From contig OY970280.1 of NCBI GenBank assembly GCA_963715865.1, positions 512,001 through 576,000 of the forward strand: DNA of 64,000 bases, given 5' to 3'. Positions 22,146 to 31,818 of this stretch are shown piece by piece. The notes below the pieces were generated by a model. That model ran no database searches and was not told the DNA's origin. It saw only the letters and a list, made by a program, of their open reading frames with translations. The first letter of the stretch is position 1; the number at the start of each line of letters is the position of its first letter. The position numbers and the translations under genes were made by a program. This stretch comes from Candidatus Bathyarchaeota archaeon (GTDB lineage Archaea > Thermoproteota > Bathyarchaeia > Bathyarchaeales > Bathycorpusculaceae).

Positions 22146-22756
22146 GGCTGCTTCATAAATTCGATAAAATCTTCAAGGCTTCTCGGCTGCAACGTATAGT
22201 TTGACTTTTTTTCTTCGCCAATAGTTGATGAAGGCTTCGGTCCATAGTCATGTCCGGGGTAAACTTCCACGTCATCGTTTAGTTTTAAGAGCTTAATGAA
22301 TAAGCTATCGTACATGCTTTTGGAGTTGCCGCCTGGCATGTCTGTTCTTCCGCATTCGCCAACAAATAAGGTGTCACCTGTCAACAGTTTCTTGTTATCA
22401 ACTAGCAGGCAGATACTGTCCATGGTGTGTCCTGGCGTATAAATTATCTTTATTGAGACTTTGCCAACAGTCAATACGTCGCCATCTTCAACTGCAATAT
22501 CAAAGTTAACTTTTGATAGTTTATAAGCAATTATTTTCGCTCCAAAAATAGAACCCAACTCAATGTTGCCAGCCGTATGGTCGGAGTGCCCGTGTGTATT
22601 TATGATAAATTTTAGATTCAGGTTTTTAGCTTTAAGGATATGAATTATTTCGCTTGCGTTAAAGCTTGAGTCAACAACGGCTGCTTCTTTAGTATTTTCG
22701 TCTGCTATGATGTACGAAAAGTTATCGCCATGCTGTTGGATTTGCTTAAAAAACAC
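22142..22756 (-). CDS. Metallo-beta-lactamase fold hydrolase (glyoxalase II/persulfide dioxygenase-like)
   Basis: THGHSDH, TPGHT, TGDTLF, PGHDY. Confidence 0.9.
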   Translation of the reverse strand: MFFKQIQQHGDNFSYIIADENTKEAAVVDSSFNASEIIHILKAKNLNLKFIINTHGHSDHTAGNIELGSIFGAKIIAYKLSKVNFDIAVEDGDVLTVGKVSIKIIYTPGHTMDSICLLVDNKKLLTGDTLFVGECGRTDMPGGNSKSMYDSLFIKLLKLNDDVEVYPGHDYGPKPSSTIGEEKKSNYTLQPRSLEDFIEFMKQP

Positions 22757-22843
22757 AAGTTTTACCCATTTTGTTCTTTTCTTCTTTGTCTACTTGCGTT
22801 TTTCTCGCCAAGCGCTCATCCAAGTAGTATTGAAACTTTTCTA

Positions 22844-23371
22844 TCATTGCAACACCTTCAAGAATCCGGAAACAACGGTTCCGTTTGCCAAGTTGTTTAA
22901 AAATTCCTTTTCAGCGTTACCTATTTGGATTTCGTATATGCTGATTTTCCTTTTTAAGTATTTTTCGAATTCCTTAAGGTTCAATTGAGCCTCCTTTTTT
23001 GTCACAACTGCAATATCTATGTCGCTTTGTGAAATGTCTTCACCTTTTGAATAGCTGCCAAAGACCACTATTGCTTCGGGTTCTTCATACTCGTCTCTTA
23101 GAAACTTTATTAATCCAGACTCAAAGAGAGAAAGGTTGTTGTAAGCTTTCTTAAGGATGAAGAACTTTTCGTTTCTCGAAGCCTTTACGTTTATTACCAC
23201 GTTTTTCTTTTCGGATACCAGCAGAGTTTTTTCTTTAAGTTTTTTAAGTATCTTAAGAACCCCAGGCGCAGATAAACCGGTTTGCCTAGCGATTTCTCGC
23301 ACATGGAATTTCTTGTCTGGGTTGTCGAAAAACAACTTCATAACTTTGTAATTGTTATCTTTAGTTAACAT
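22844..23371 (-). CDS. Winged-HTH + minimal nucleotidyltransferase (MNT) protein
   Basis: FHVREIARQTGLSAPGV HTH; VFGSYSKGED..SDIDIAV (GS..DxD). Confidence 0.85.
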   Translation of the reverse strand: MLTKDNNYKVMKLFFDNPDKKFHVREIARQTGLSAPGVLKILKKLKEKTLLVSEKKNVVINVKASRNEKFFILKKAYNNLSLFESGLIKFLRDEYEEPEAIVVFGSYSKGEDISQSDIDIAVVTKKEAQLNLKEFEKYLKRKISIYEIQIGNAEKEFLNNLANGTVVSGFLKVLQ

Positions 23372-23411
23372 CTGTAAATAATGGTTAACAACTGTTATTT
23401 AAAGTTAACAA
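23352..23411. promoter_or_regulatory. Three tandem 20-bp quasi-palindromic repeats over the wHTH-MNT promoter and start codon
   Basis: ttgttatctttagttaacat / ctgtaaataatggttaacaa / ctgttatttaaagttaacaa; GTTAAC at 23364, 23384, 23404. Confidence 0.65.
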
Positions 23412-23475
23412 GATTTTTTCCTATGACGAGGTAGTGGACTAAATACACACCTTTTTGGTTATGGCTAAAATAATC

Positions 23476-24219
23476 TTACGCTAAGAGACTTAAAAGTAAA
23501 TTTACATCTGAAGGAGGATAACCTGAGTAATACTTGCCGAAATAGCCGAAAACCTCCATTTGCTTGCTTACGAAAGGCTTTATTTTGTCCGCCCATAACT
23601 TTAGGTCTCCTCCTCTATCAGCTTCTATCTTGCCCAAGGTGCCTTTGACTTTTCTTCGGTCTCCTTCCCACCTAACGTAAATAAAATCAGAGGTTACCTC
23701 GTCGATTTGCGGCATTTGAGAGCTATCCACCCATGCCAAAACAACATTGTATTCCTTGAGAAGCGAATAAAAATCGTTGTTCAGTAACTTTTTAGTTCTA
23801 ACTTCCACCACATAACGGTGCTCCCTCGGCAAGTCCCTGAGAAAAACCTTCAAAAGAGGAAGAACCCCGTTTCCAAAAGCAGGCGGAAACTGAAGCAGCA
23901 GGCAACCGAGCTTCTCCTTTAACAACGCAACCTTGCCGAGAAAAGCGTTTGTTTCATCTTGGCAGTCTCTTAACATTTTAATGTGAGTTATAACTTGCGG
24001 AAACTTTAACGAGAACAAGAAGCCATTGGGCGTTTGCTTTTTCCAGTTGGTTATGGTTTGCTGGTTTGGGATTCGATAAAATGTGTTATCAACCTCAACC
24101 GTATTGAACTTTGTTGAGTAGTAAGCCAAAAAATCTTTAGAAGCAGTTTTATCTGGGTAAAAGTTTCCTTTCCAGAAATTGTAGCTCCAGCCTATCGTGC
24201 CAACATGAAGGTTATGCAT
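23476..24219 (-). CDS. DUF72 family protein
   Basis: GTIGWSY..W...FYP, VEVDNTFY, FSLKFP..ITH.K.L, LLQFPP, VEVR, YVRWEG. Confidence 0.9.
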   Translation of the reverse strand: MHNLHVGTIGWSYNFWKGNFYPDKTASKDFLAYYSTKFNTVEVDNTFYRIPNQQTITNWKKQTPNGFLFSLKFPQVITHIKMLRDCQDETNAFLGKVALLKEKLGCLLLQFPPAFGNGVLPLLKVFLRDLPREHRYVVEVRTKKLLNNDFYSLLKEYNVVLAWVDSSQMPQIDEVTSDFIYVRWEGDRRKVKGTLGKIEADRGGDLKLWADKIKPFVSKQMEVFGYFGKYYSGYPPSDVNLLLSLLA

Positions 24220-24220
24220 T

Positions 24221-25645
24221 TTATTCTTTCCCTTTTAGCAGTAGCCAATCCTTATCTCCAGCCTTCTTCAAACGCACCAGAATATAGCGTCCTTTGAGCC
24301 TTTGACCGTTAAGCGCGAACTCGATTTTGTTTTCATCCCAAACTTTAGCTTCATAATGTCCTTTATCCCAGATTTTAACTGTTCCAGCGCCATATTGCCC
24401 CTCAGGGATTGAACCTTCAAAATTAGCGTACTCGATAGGGTGATCCTCCGTTTCCACCGCCAAACGCCGCTGGCGAGTGCTTTCAGGCATTCCTTTCGGA
24501 ACAGCCCAACTTTTCAAAACACCACCATTTTCTAGTCTTAGGTCATAGTGAAGTCTTCTTGCATGGTGTTCTTGGATTACAAAAATTAAGTTGCCGCCCT
24601 TTTTCTCTCCACCCGTAGGTTCGGTGGTAACTTCAAAATTGCGTTTTGAGGCGTATTCTGAAAGTTTATCCTCAACATCTGTAACCTGTCTTTTACCTTC
24701 GATTATTTGGTCAAGAGTGCATTCAGCGGGCGATTTATCGTCTCTTAAACGTTGGAAACGTGCCATTCTCAGTTTGATATCACGTGTTACTACTTGATAA
24801 ATGACTTCGCAAACCAGCTTAGGCTCAAGCCAAGTTACCACGTCACCGACTTCTGGCTTAAAGAGAGCAACATCTGTTTTTAACTTTTCAAATTTATCAG
24901 TTAAAATTCCAAGCATCTCTTGTGAAAAACCCGTTCCAACCTTGCCAACATAAACAGGTTTACCATCTTTATCATAAAGCCCCAAAAGTAATGCCCCGAA
25001 AGTTTTTTCTCTAGAATCTGCCCCTTTTGTGTAACCAAAAATTACGCAGTCACAAGTCCGAAGTTTTTTAATTTTCAACCAATTCCCAGTCCGTAAACCT
25101 TCTTCATAATAACTATCCTTCTTCTTCGCCATTACCCCCTCTAAGCCTTTATCCAAAGCCAGTTGGTAATAGGCTTCGCCCTTCTCTTCTATAAAATCAG
25201 ATAACAAAACATTATTGCCTTCTTTTAATGAATCCTTCAAAATTTTTTTCCTCTTCATCAACGACAACTTAGTAAGCGGGTTCCCATCCTTCTCTAAAAC
25301 ATCAAAAACAACATAGATTGCTGGTGCTCGCCGAGCCTGCCTTTGAATTTCATTTGGCGAGACAGCTTGACCCCGCTCAAGCAAAGCTTGAAAGTCAGGT
25401 TTACCTTCGCGCATAACGACGATTTCGCCATCAAACACTACATTGCTGCTTAACCTGTTTAGTTCCTCTAACTCGGGAAAATTATGCTTGAGCTCTTTTC
25501 CGTTTCGGCTCTTTAAACTGTACGGTTCCTCTACGTAGGCGATTGCTCTAAAGCCGTCCCATTTTATCTCAAAAATCCAGTCCTTATCGGAAAAAGGTTT
25601 AGGGGCAACCCTTGCAAGCATAGGCCTGTAAATGTGGCGGCTCAT
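24221..25645 (-). CDS. ligD: NHEJ ATP-dependent DNA ligase fused to a C-terminal LigD 3'-phosphoesterase
   Basis: EIKWDGFRA, DGEIV, VFDVL, EGVMAK, WLKIK; PE: LSEYASKRNF, QEHHARRLHYDLRLE, SWAVPKG, TEDHP, GQYGAG. Confidence 0.92.
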   Translation of the reverse strand: MSRHIYRPMLARVAPKPFSDKDWIFEIKWDGFRAIAYVEEPYSLKSRNGKELKHNFPELEELNRLSSNVVFDGEIVVMREGKPDFQALLERGQAVSPNEIQRQARRAPAIYVVFDVLEKDGNPLTKLSLMKRKKILKDSLKEGNNVLLSDFIEEKGEAYYQLALDKGLEGVMAKKKDSYYEEGLRTGNWLKIKKLRTCDCVIFGYTKGADSREKTFGALLLGLYDKDGKPVYVGKVGTGFSQEMLGILTDKFEKLKTDVALFKPEVGDVVTWLEPKLVCEVIYQVVTRDIKLRMARFQRLRDDKSPAECTLDQIIEGKRQVTDVEDKLSEYASKRNFEVTTEPTGGEKKGGNLIFVIQEHHARRLHYDLRLENGGVLKSWAVPKGMPESTRQRRLAVETEDHPIEYANFEGSIPEGQYGAGTVKIWDKGHYEAKVWDENKIEFALNGQRLKGRYILVRLKKAGDKDWLLLKGKE

Positions 25646-26463
25646 TGCTGCTTTTCCAACTGTTTGAGGGTTTCTCGCAGGGCAACCATGAGACTTTTAG
25701 CTTCAACTTCTGGAGGCTTCTCAACGCGGATTTTTTCGCCTTTTAGCTTCTGTTCTATGATTTCTTCAACTTTTTTCTTGTAGCTATCCTCAAATTCGGT
25801 AATATCAAACTCGCCTGAAAGGTCAGTGACAATTTTTATAGCCAGATCTAACTCCGTTTTGCTTGGCTCCTTCAGCTTCTTTAGGTCTTCAAAATACTGA
25901 GGATTCACAACATCGTAGGCATAACGTAATATTGTTAAAACGAGTGCGCCTCTATACGCGTGCAATAAGGCAGGATATTCTTTAGTACGTAAAGTTATTC
26001 GTCCAGCACCAGCTTTGTTCTTTCTCTCAAGCGCCGTTAACAATAAACTGTAGGCTTCTTTGCTTTTATCAGGCATCAAAGCGTAGGTTTTATCAAAATA
26101 AATAGGGTCAACGGAGAAATAATCAACAAACTTGCTGATTCGGATTTGCCTGTCGGATTCTGGTTTGATTGCATCAAGTTCTTTCTTGTCAAACGTGACA
26201 TACTCGTTTTTAGCAACCTCATAACCTCTCACGACCTCGTCCCAAGGCACAATCTTGTCATCTTTAGTGCACACTTTCACGTATTTTAACGGTTGACCGT
26301 CAACCTTATGCAGAAAGCGAAATGATACTCCTTTGTCGTAAATCATAGGGTATAGTTTAACAGGAAGGTTAACTAAGCCTATAGTGACGCTTCCCGACCA
26401 AATTGGTCTCCTAGGGACGCTAGCACTTACGCGTTCTTCTTTCTCTAAATTTTCTTGAGCCAT
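25642..26463 (-). CDS. ku: Ku protein (prokaryotic NHEJ)
   Basis: RPIWSGSVTIGLVNLPVKLY, VVRGYE, IDPIYFDKTY-like, FEDSY, LMVALRETL; no basic C-tail. Confidence 0.95.
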   Translation of the reverse strand: MAQENLEKEERVSASVPRRPIWSGSVTIGLVNLPVKLYPMIYDKGVSFRFLHKVDGQPLKYVKVCTKDDKIVPWDEVVRGYEVAKNEYVTFDKKELDAIKPESDRQIRISKFVDYFSVDPIYFDKTYALMPDKSKEAYSLLLTALERKNKAGAGRITLRTKEYPALLHAYRGALVLTILRYAYDVVNPQYFEDLKKLKEPSKTELDLAIKIVTDLSGEFDITEFEDSYKKKVEEIIEQKLKGEKIRVEKPPEVEAKSLMVALRETLKQLEKQQ

Positions 26464-26465
26464 GA

Positions 26466-27353
26466 TTACACCTCAAGTTTGCATCTTTTTTCAAAAATGT
26501 CCTTCCACGGATTGCTTTTCCGTTTAACTACATTAAAGATAGTGAAATCCGAGGGGTTTATGCCTTTCTTTACTTCAGCCCACTCTAACGGCGTAGAAAC
26601 CGTCGCATCAGGCGTAGACCTTAAACTGTAAGGAACAACCATTGTCCGTAAAGGCGAATTCTGAAGGTAATCAGCGAAAACTTTGCCGGGCTTTTTTGTA
26701 TCCTTAAACTCTGAAACTACCATGTCACTTTCTTTAGCTAAGTTTATTCCGATTTTATGCACAAAAGCCCTTGTTTTCTCAAACGTATGTTCCGGAACAA
26801 TTGGAATTATGACGTGGAGGCCTTTTTTGCCTGAAGTTTTAACGAAAGGCGTAAGCCCTAAATCGTAAAGTTTGTCTTTAAGCAAAAGCGCAACCTCTGC
26901 GGCATCGCTTAACGTGGCTGGCGGTTCAGGGTCAATATCAAAAAATAGAAAATCAGGCTTGTCTAGAGTGTTAACTTTTGAGAATGGCATGTGGATTTCT
27001 ATGGCTGCCAAGTTTGCAAGCCAAATGAGCGTGTCCAAGTCATTGCAAATGACATAATCGATGTCTCGCTTGGTTGTTTCAGAATAAATCGTTTTTGTCT
27101 TAACCCATGGAGGTGTGCCTTCGGGGGCGTTCTTTTCAAAAAAACTTACTTTTTCTTTGTCCACACCATCAGGGTATCTGGTTAAAACTAACGGTCTGTC
27201 TGCTATAATCGGGAGCATTTTGGGAGCCATTTTAATGTAGTATTCGACAACTTGCCCTTTAGTAACGTTAATTTTAGGGTAAAAAATCTTGCCTAAGTTT
27301 TTTAGTTCAACTTTGGTTAATTCTTTAAGCTCTTCCACCATAATTTGCACCAA
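26466..27353 (-). CDS. LigD polymerase/primase domain (stand-alone NHEJ polymerase)
   Basis: LTRYPDG, FFEKN, WLANLAAIEIH, FDIDP, KTSGKKGLHV, DYLQN, YSLR. Confidence 0.93.
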   Translation of the reverse strand: MVQIMVEELKELTKVELKNLGKIFYPKINVTKGQVVEYYIKMAPKMLPIIADRPLVLTRYPDGVDKEKVSFFEKNAPEGTPPWVKTKTIYSETTKRDIDYVICNDLDTLIWLANLAAIEIHMPFSKVNTLDKPDFLFFDIDPEPPATLSDAAEVALLLKDKLYDLGLTPFVKTSGKKGLHVIIPIVPEHTFEKTRAFVHKIGINLAKESDMVVSEFKDTKKPGKVFADYLQNSPLRTMVVPYSLRSTPDATVSTPLEWAEVKKGINPSDFTIFNVVKRKSNPWKDIFEKRCKLEV

Positions 27354-27621
27354 AAATTGTTCAAGTTCAAACTTAACTCACTTAAATGTAATGTTTGTGA
27401 AGTCTAGCATTTTTCTTTTTTGGAAAAAAGACACAACCATGTAAACTAAACGTCTATATTTGCATGGCAAAAATACGATTTTTGGCAGCTACACCTATAT
27501 AGTCAACGTAGCATTAATAAATTGTCGAATTAATCTAGAGAAAGTAAATTTTGAAAGAACCATCACAGTTTGCTTTTTTCAAGATAATTCGCTAGGTAAA
27601 GAAGGAGAAAAAAAGAGTAGC

Positions 27622-28254
27622 ATGAGAACAAAAAAGCCCACACTAGAAGACCAACTTGCTTTTCTTTCGGCAAAACATAGCGTTTACCCTGCAGAACTCT
27701 TTCAGGCTTTGATCCAAGCAAAAGAACAGGGCAAATCAGTATGCGAAGATTTAACGGTTGAATACCGAGGAAACGTAAATGACCAGGCGATCTTTCTGAT
27801 TAAAAAAGACGATAAGGTAGTGGCACAGTTCCGGGTTCCCGAAGAAACGCTCTTAAAAAGGGACGTTTCATTCGACAATTGGATGGATACCACCAAAGTC
27901 CGCAAAGAGATAGCCAAGCAAAACCCCTCACCTGCACACATCAAGATAGAGGATTTACGTGTAGGCATGAAAAAAGTGAATGTGATTGCGGAGGTGTTGG
28001 AAACTTCTGAGCCATCCAAAGTTCACACTCAATTTAGAGATAACGCTCTTGTTTCTAACGCATGGATAGGGGATAAAACGGGAAAAATTATGCTTTGCCT
28101 CTGGGACCAACAAGTAAACGCTGTCTCTGTAGGGGACTGCATAGAAGTGAAAAATGCTCATGTAGCTACGTTTAAAGGAGAAAAACAGCTGCGCCTTGGA
28201 AAAAACGGAACAACCAAAATACTGGAAAAGTCCCTTCCAAGCGAAACAGCATAA
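27622..28254 (+). CDS. OB-fold ssDNA-binding (SSB/RPA-like) protein with N-terminal extension
   Basis: KIEDLRVGMKKVNV, IGDKTGKIMLCLWD, VGDCIEVKNA, FKGEKQLRLG. Confidence 0.75.
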   Translation: MRTKKPTLEDQLAFLSAKHSVYPAELFQALIQAKEQGKSVCEDLTVEYRGNVNDQAIFLIKKDDKVVAQFRVPEETLLKRDVSFDNWMDTTKVRKEIAKQNPSPAHIKIEDLRVGMKKVNVIAEVLETSEPSKVHTQFRDNALVSNAWIGDKTGKIMLCLWDQQVNAVSVGDCIEVKNAHVATFKGEKQLRLGKNGTTKILEKSLPSETA

Positions 28255-28298
28255 AAATTAAAAAAAAATAAAAACGTTTGATGATATTTTATCTTTTG

Positions 28299-28682
28299 TT
28301 AAACGTATTTCTTGTCGTTGTAGCAGTACCATCTTTTGTATTGCGGAATCCATGTGAGAGGTTGATTGCATGTTGGGCAAAGTGGCTGAGTGGATTGTTG
28401 CTTGGGCTCTGTTTGATAAGTTTGTTGCGTTTGTTGTTGGGGTTGCGCTTGATAGGCGCTTTGTGGAACTGGCTTTAGGATTATGAAGTCTGATGCTGCT
28501 TGAACGTCTTCCCATCCGATGTTTTGGATTTCCCCATCCTCATTCTCCACTGACAGTGAAATGCCAATCTTTCCAACGGCGAAAGCGACATCTTTTACCT
28601 TTCCAATTAATCGTCCTTTTGCGTCTATGACTTGCATTGAGACTAGTGCATCTCTGGTTAGAGGTTTATCGGTTTTTTCCAT
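28299..28682 (-). CDS. PRC-barrel protein with Gln-rich linker and C-terminal Zn-ribbon-like motif
   Basis: MQVIDAKGRLIGKVKDV, WEDVQAASDFIILK; CPTCNQPLTWIPQYKRWYCYN. Confidence 0.7.
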   Translation of the reverse strand: MEKTDKPLTRDALVSMQVIDAKGRLIGKVKDVAFAVGKIGISLSVENEDGEIQNIGWEDVQAASDFIILKPVPQSAYQAQPQQQTQQTYQTEPKQQSTQPLCPTCNQPLTWIPQYKRWYCYNDKKYV

Positions 28683-28760
28683 CTTAATACAACTCTGATT
28701 CTGAATAGGGGCAACTTGTTTAAAGAATTTTCGTTTCTTACTCAAAGCAGTTTATCAACC

Positions 28761-29285
28761 CTATTGCAGTGGGATTTCCCAGTAACTGATAATGTCGCCT
28801 TTCACCCATTTGCCGCCTAAACTTCGGACAACCTCATTGATATCTTCCCATTCAGCCTTCAAAAATTGAATTGGCTTTACCACAACGTAATCTCCCTTAA
28901 CTGTGAAACTGAGCAGTTTGCGCTGTTCCGGACTGAATTCATTTTCCATTTTGATTGCGGTTTTGCTTGGTTGAGTTGGCTTTGCACTTGTAGGTTTAGG
29001 TTCGGGCTTGGATTCTGGTTTAACGGTTGCAGTTGGCTTAGGTGCTGTTATAGACCCTGCAGTTTTTGTTAGGTTAAATTCTGGGATTGGATAGGATTCG
29101 GCAATGTCCTCGAAACTGTCGCTTCTAACTATTGCGAGCACTTGCTTGGAAAACAAGTCAAGCTTTAAGTCTAATAGTTCAATGTCGCTGGGCAGGTTGG
29201 AAGTGAAAGAGGATGCTTTACCTTGCAATAATTCAACGAGAAATTCAGGCGTTAGTTTTATTATTCTTATTTTCATATTTGGCAC
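28761..29285 (-). CDS. Hypothetical protein with Pro/Thr/Lys-rich linker
   Basis: 174-aa ORF, two domains joined by TAPKPTATVKPESKPEPKP. Confidence 0.6.
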   Translation of the reverse strand: MPNMKIRIIKLTPEFLVELLQGKASSFTSNLPSDIELLDLKLDLFSKQVLAIVRSDSFEDIAESYPIPEFNLTKTAGSITAPKPTATVKPESKPEPKPTSAKPTQPSKTAIKMENEFSPEQRKLLSFTVKGDYVVVKPIQFLKAEWEDINEVVRSLGGKWVKGDIISYWEIPLQ

Positions 29286-29416
29286 ACAGAACTGCCTTTA
29301 GGTGACAGATAACTTAAAAGCATTGCCTATCACTCAGGCGCAAACCTTTTTGCTATTGTTACAGTAGAGTTCAAGTTAACCGATTAATTTTGGTAAAAGA
29401 GAGGGTTAAAGAAGGT

Positions 29417-30043
29417 TTATGCTTTCTTTACTTGGGAGTTGGCTCTGAGGCTTCTCCATTCCGCAAAGTTGCCAGAGTACACTCCCCAGCTCTTCAGCCT
29501 CGGTGTCACCGTCCTAAGCAAAGCCGGGCATACGGCAAATTGGATAACCAAGTTCAGACCATATGTTGCAAGAAGAACAATCCCGAAAGAGAACCCGCCG
29601 AGAATATTTGTTGTGAGAACTCCAAGGCTAAAGAGGTATGTATATTGCCACAAGATATAGGCAGTTCCTACGAAAAGAGTGACAGCATAGACAATCATAA
29701 GCAGAACAAGATTTCTTTTTGCCCTACCTTCTGCAGCGTTCCGAGGTATGAGCAGCCAATTTAAGGTGAAGATAATTAACGCGGTAACAGATTCCACCCA
29801 TGCAGCATAAGGAGGCACCTGCTCGACGTAAACTCCTCCAATAAAAGCGCCAATCATAGAGCCTACAAGTCCGCTCCATCCGAACCATAGAGGAAGGGTG
29901 CCTAGCAGAATAACTGGAAGGTAAAGGAGCGTAAATCCTGGTAACATACTTGCTGATGAACCATAGAATAATATGGCATAAAGTGCTGCTACCATCGCCA
30001 TTATTGAGACTTGCTTAGCTTTACTTTGTTTTGGCATTGTCAT
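29417..30043 (-). CDS. ECF S-component / QueT-like membrane protein
   Basis: AMVAALYAIL N-terminal helix, G..GSMIGAFIGG, ~6 TM. Confidence 0.55.
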   Translation of the reverse strand: MTMPKQSKAKQVSIMAMVAALYAILFYGSSASMLPGFTLLYLPVILLGTLPLWFGWSGLVGSMIGAFIGGVYVEQVPPYAAWVESVTALIIFTLNWLLIPRNAAEGRAKRNLVLLMIVYAVTLFVGTAYILWQYTYLFSLGVLTTNILGGFSFGIVLLATYGLNLVIQFAVCPALLRTVTPRLKSWGVYSGNFAEWRSLRANSQVKKA

Positions 30044-30253
30044 TTATCATTCAATCCTTATTTTTGAGCATTTAACGGCTTCAAGCCAGAAATCCAATAA
30101 AAGCATTGTCCCTTGTATTACAATAGTAATACAACGACCTAAAACCAGCCCATTAGGGCATAACGAGCAAAAGTGTGACGCGACAATACAGCTAAAGTTT
30201 AAAAGTTCCACCAAAATGAGTATTAAAATAAAACTTGCCAATCGCGGATAAAG

Positions 30254-31180
30254 ATGACTGCCAAACCACCATTAACCAAAATCATTTTCATTATAGGAAT
30301 CGCCGTGATTATCGCGTTGAATTTGTACACTTTCATAATAGCTTATCCAGAGACTTACGCGATCGACGGGGGCATTACTTCAGGCACCATACTGGCAAAA
30401 GATTTCTCAGCCTATTACATTGGCGCTTGGAGACTCTGGAATAATCCATTGCACATTTACACTTTCGGAGCATTAGCCGGCGGAGAACCAGTCATCCTTC
30501 CTCATCCTGAAGCCTACAAGTACCTGCCGTCTTTCCTGCTAATTATCTCGCCTTTACTTTCGTTGAATTATCAGCAGGCACTGTTAGCCTTCGACATAGT
30601 CCAGTTTATGCTTCTTCCCGCAATGGCGTATCTGCTCTACAGGCTCTTAGATAACAAGCATCTTGCAGTAACCTTCGTGGTTATGACTATCGCTTTGCTA
30701 CTGCCTTTCCCCACCTTGCAGTGGGGCTTCTCGCCAAGCTACTATTGGCAGTGGGGCGAAGGACAAGCCAAAGTGTTCGTCACCTTTCTGCTTCTCCTCA
30801 GCTTCTACTTCGGCAAGCGAGGCAGACTAATCCCGTCTGGAATTGCCTTGGCATTTGGGTTTTTTGACCCAAGGTTCGGACTGTTGGCGCTGCCTCTCTT
30901 CATAATGTACAACCGCAAAAACCTCAAAGCTGCAACGGCAAGTGCAATCAGTGCGTTGGTCTTTTCAAATCTGATGCTTCTTTATCCGGGCATGGGCTCT
31001 GGGTTCATAGGCATGGTTTTTGCCTCTGGTGTCACCACGCCTCTTTACTATTATTCTCTCATACCCTTCTTCACTTTACTGTCTCTTATCGTTGTTAACT
31101 TCAAAGAATTGGTTGCCGCATTCGATTACAAAGAAATCTTTGCCAGCTTCACAGGTGCATCAAAACGGCAAGAAAAGTAA
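30254..31180 (+). CDS. GT87 (DUF2029)-like GT-C glycosyltransferase
   Basis: KDFSAYY..A, YKYLP..L, WGEGQ; polytopic. Confidence 0.65.
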   Translation: MTAKPPLTKIIFIIGIAVIIALNLYTFIIAYPETYAIDGGITSGTILAKDFSAYYIGAWRLWNNPLHIYTFGALAGGEPVILPHPEAYKYLPSFLLIISPLLSLNYQQALLAFDIVQFMLLPAMAYLLYRLLDNKHLAVTFVVMTIALLLPFPTLQWGFSPSYYWQWGEGQAKVFVTFLLLLSFYFGKRGRLIPSGIALAFGFFDPRFGLLALPLFIMYNRKNLKAATASAISALVFSNLMLLYPGMGSGFIGMVFASGVTTPLYYYSLIPFFTLLSLIVVNFKELVAAFDYKEIFASFTGASKRQEK

Positions 31181-31252
31181 CCCAATGTTTTCCTAAGCAT
31201 TTCTTTTTAGCAGTATGCTAAAATACACTATATTGGCTACTACCGCGCTTTT

Positions 31253-31492
31253 TCATGTTTTGTTGACCTGTTCAAGCATCAATTGTTTCCTGACCTGGCG
31301 CTTGGACAAGACTAAGACTATGATGATTATTGCAGCCCCAGAAATGATGGCACAATAGGCAAGCCAGTAGTTTGAACCAATTCGATCCAGAATATCCACT
31401 GTGGCTTCGTTGAACCCCAAGATTATGGTAACGATCCCTAAAGCTAATCCGAGAATTTCTAGTGCCAGAGATACTCTTCGTCCAAACCTCAT
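31253..31492 (-). CDS. Small two-TM membrane protein
   Basis: MRFGRRVSLALEILGLALGIVTIILG...AIISGAAIIIIVLVL. Confidence 0.45.
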   Translation of the reverse strand: MRFGRRVSLALEILGLALGIVTIILGFNEATVDILDRIGSNYWLAYCAIISGAAIIIIVLVLSKRQVRKQLMLEQVNKT

Positions 31493-31818
31493 AGTCCCAG
31501 TGTTCTCCTTTGATTGGCCATTTTCAATGTGATCTAAGTCGAGATTCTTAAAATATAAGTATTTTTTTCTATTTCGGAGGTTATTGCAGTCTGTTAGCGC
31601 GATAGCTTGTTGCAAAATTGTTTTAAGTGGTATTTTTTTCGCCTTTTAGGATTTGTGGGAGTTTTGAGCAGCCAAGACGGTGGTTCTTCAACTGGGAAAA
31701 CGTTCCGTCTCAATATAGAATACAAACTCAAATGTTAAATCCACGGAATGCAATACCTATAGATGGGCTTTTATGGATGGGCTTGGCTGGCATCTAGAAG
31801 AATAAGCATGGTGAGGAA

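Noticed and set aside
30044-30250. preQ1 riboswitch upstream of the QueT-like gene
   Set aside because: No recognisable aptamer consensus.
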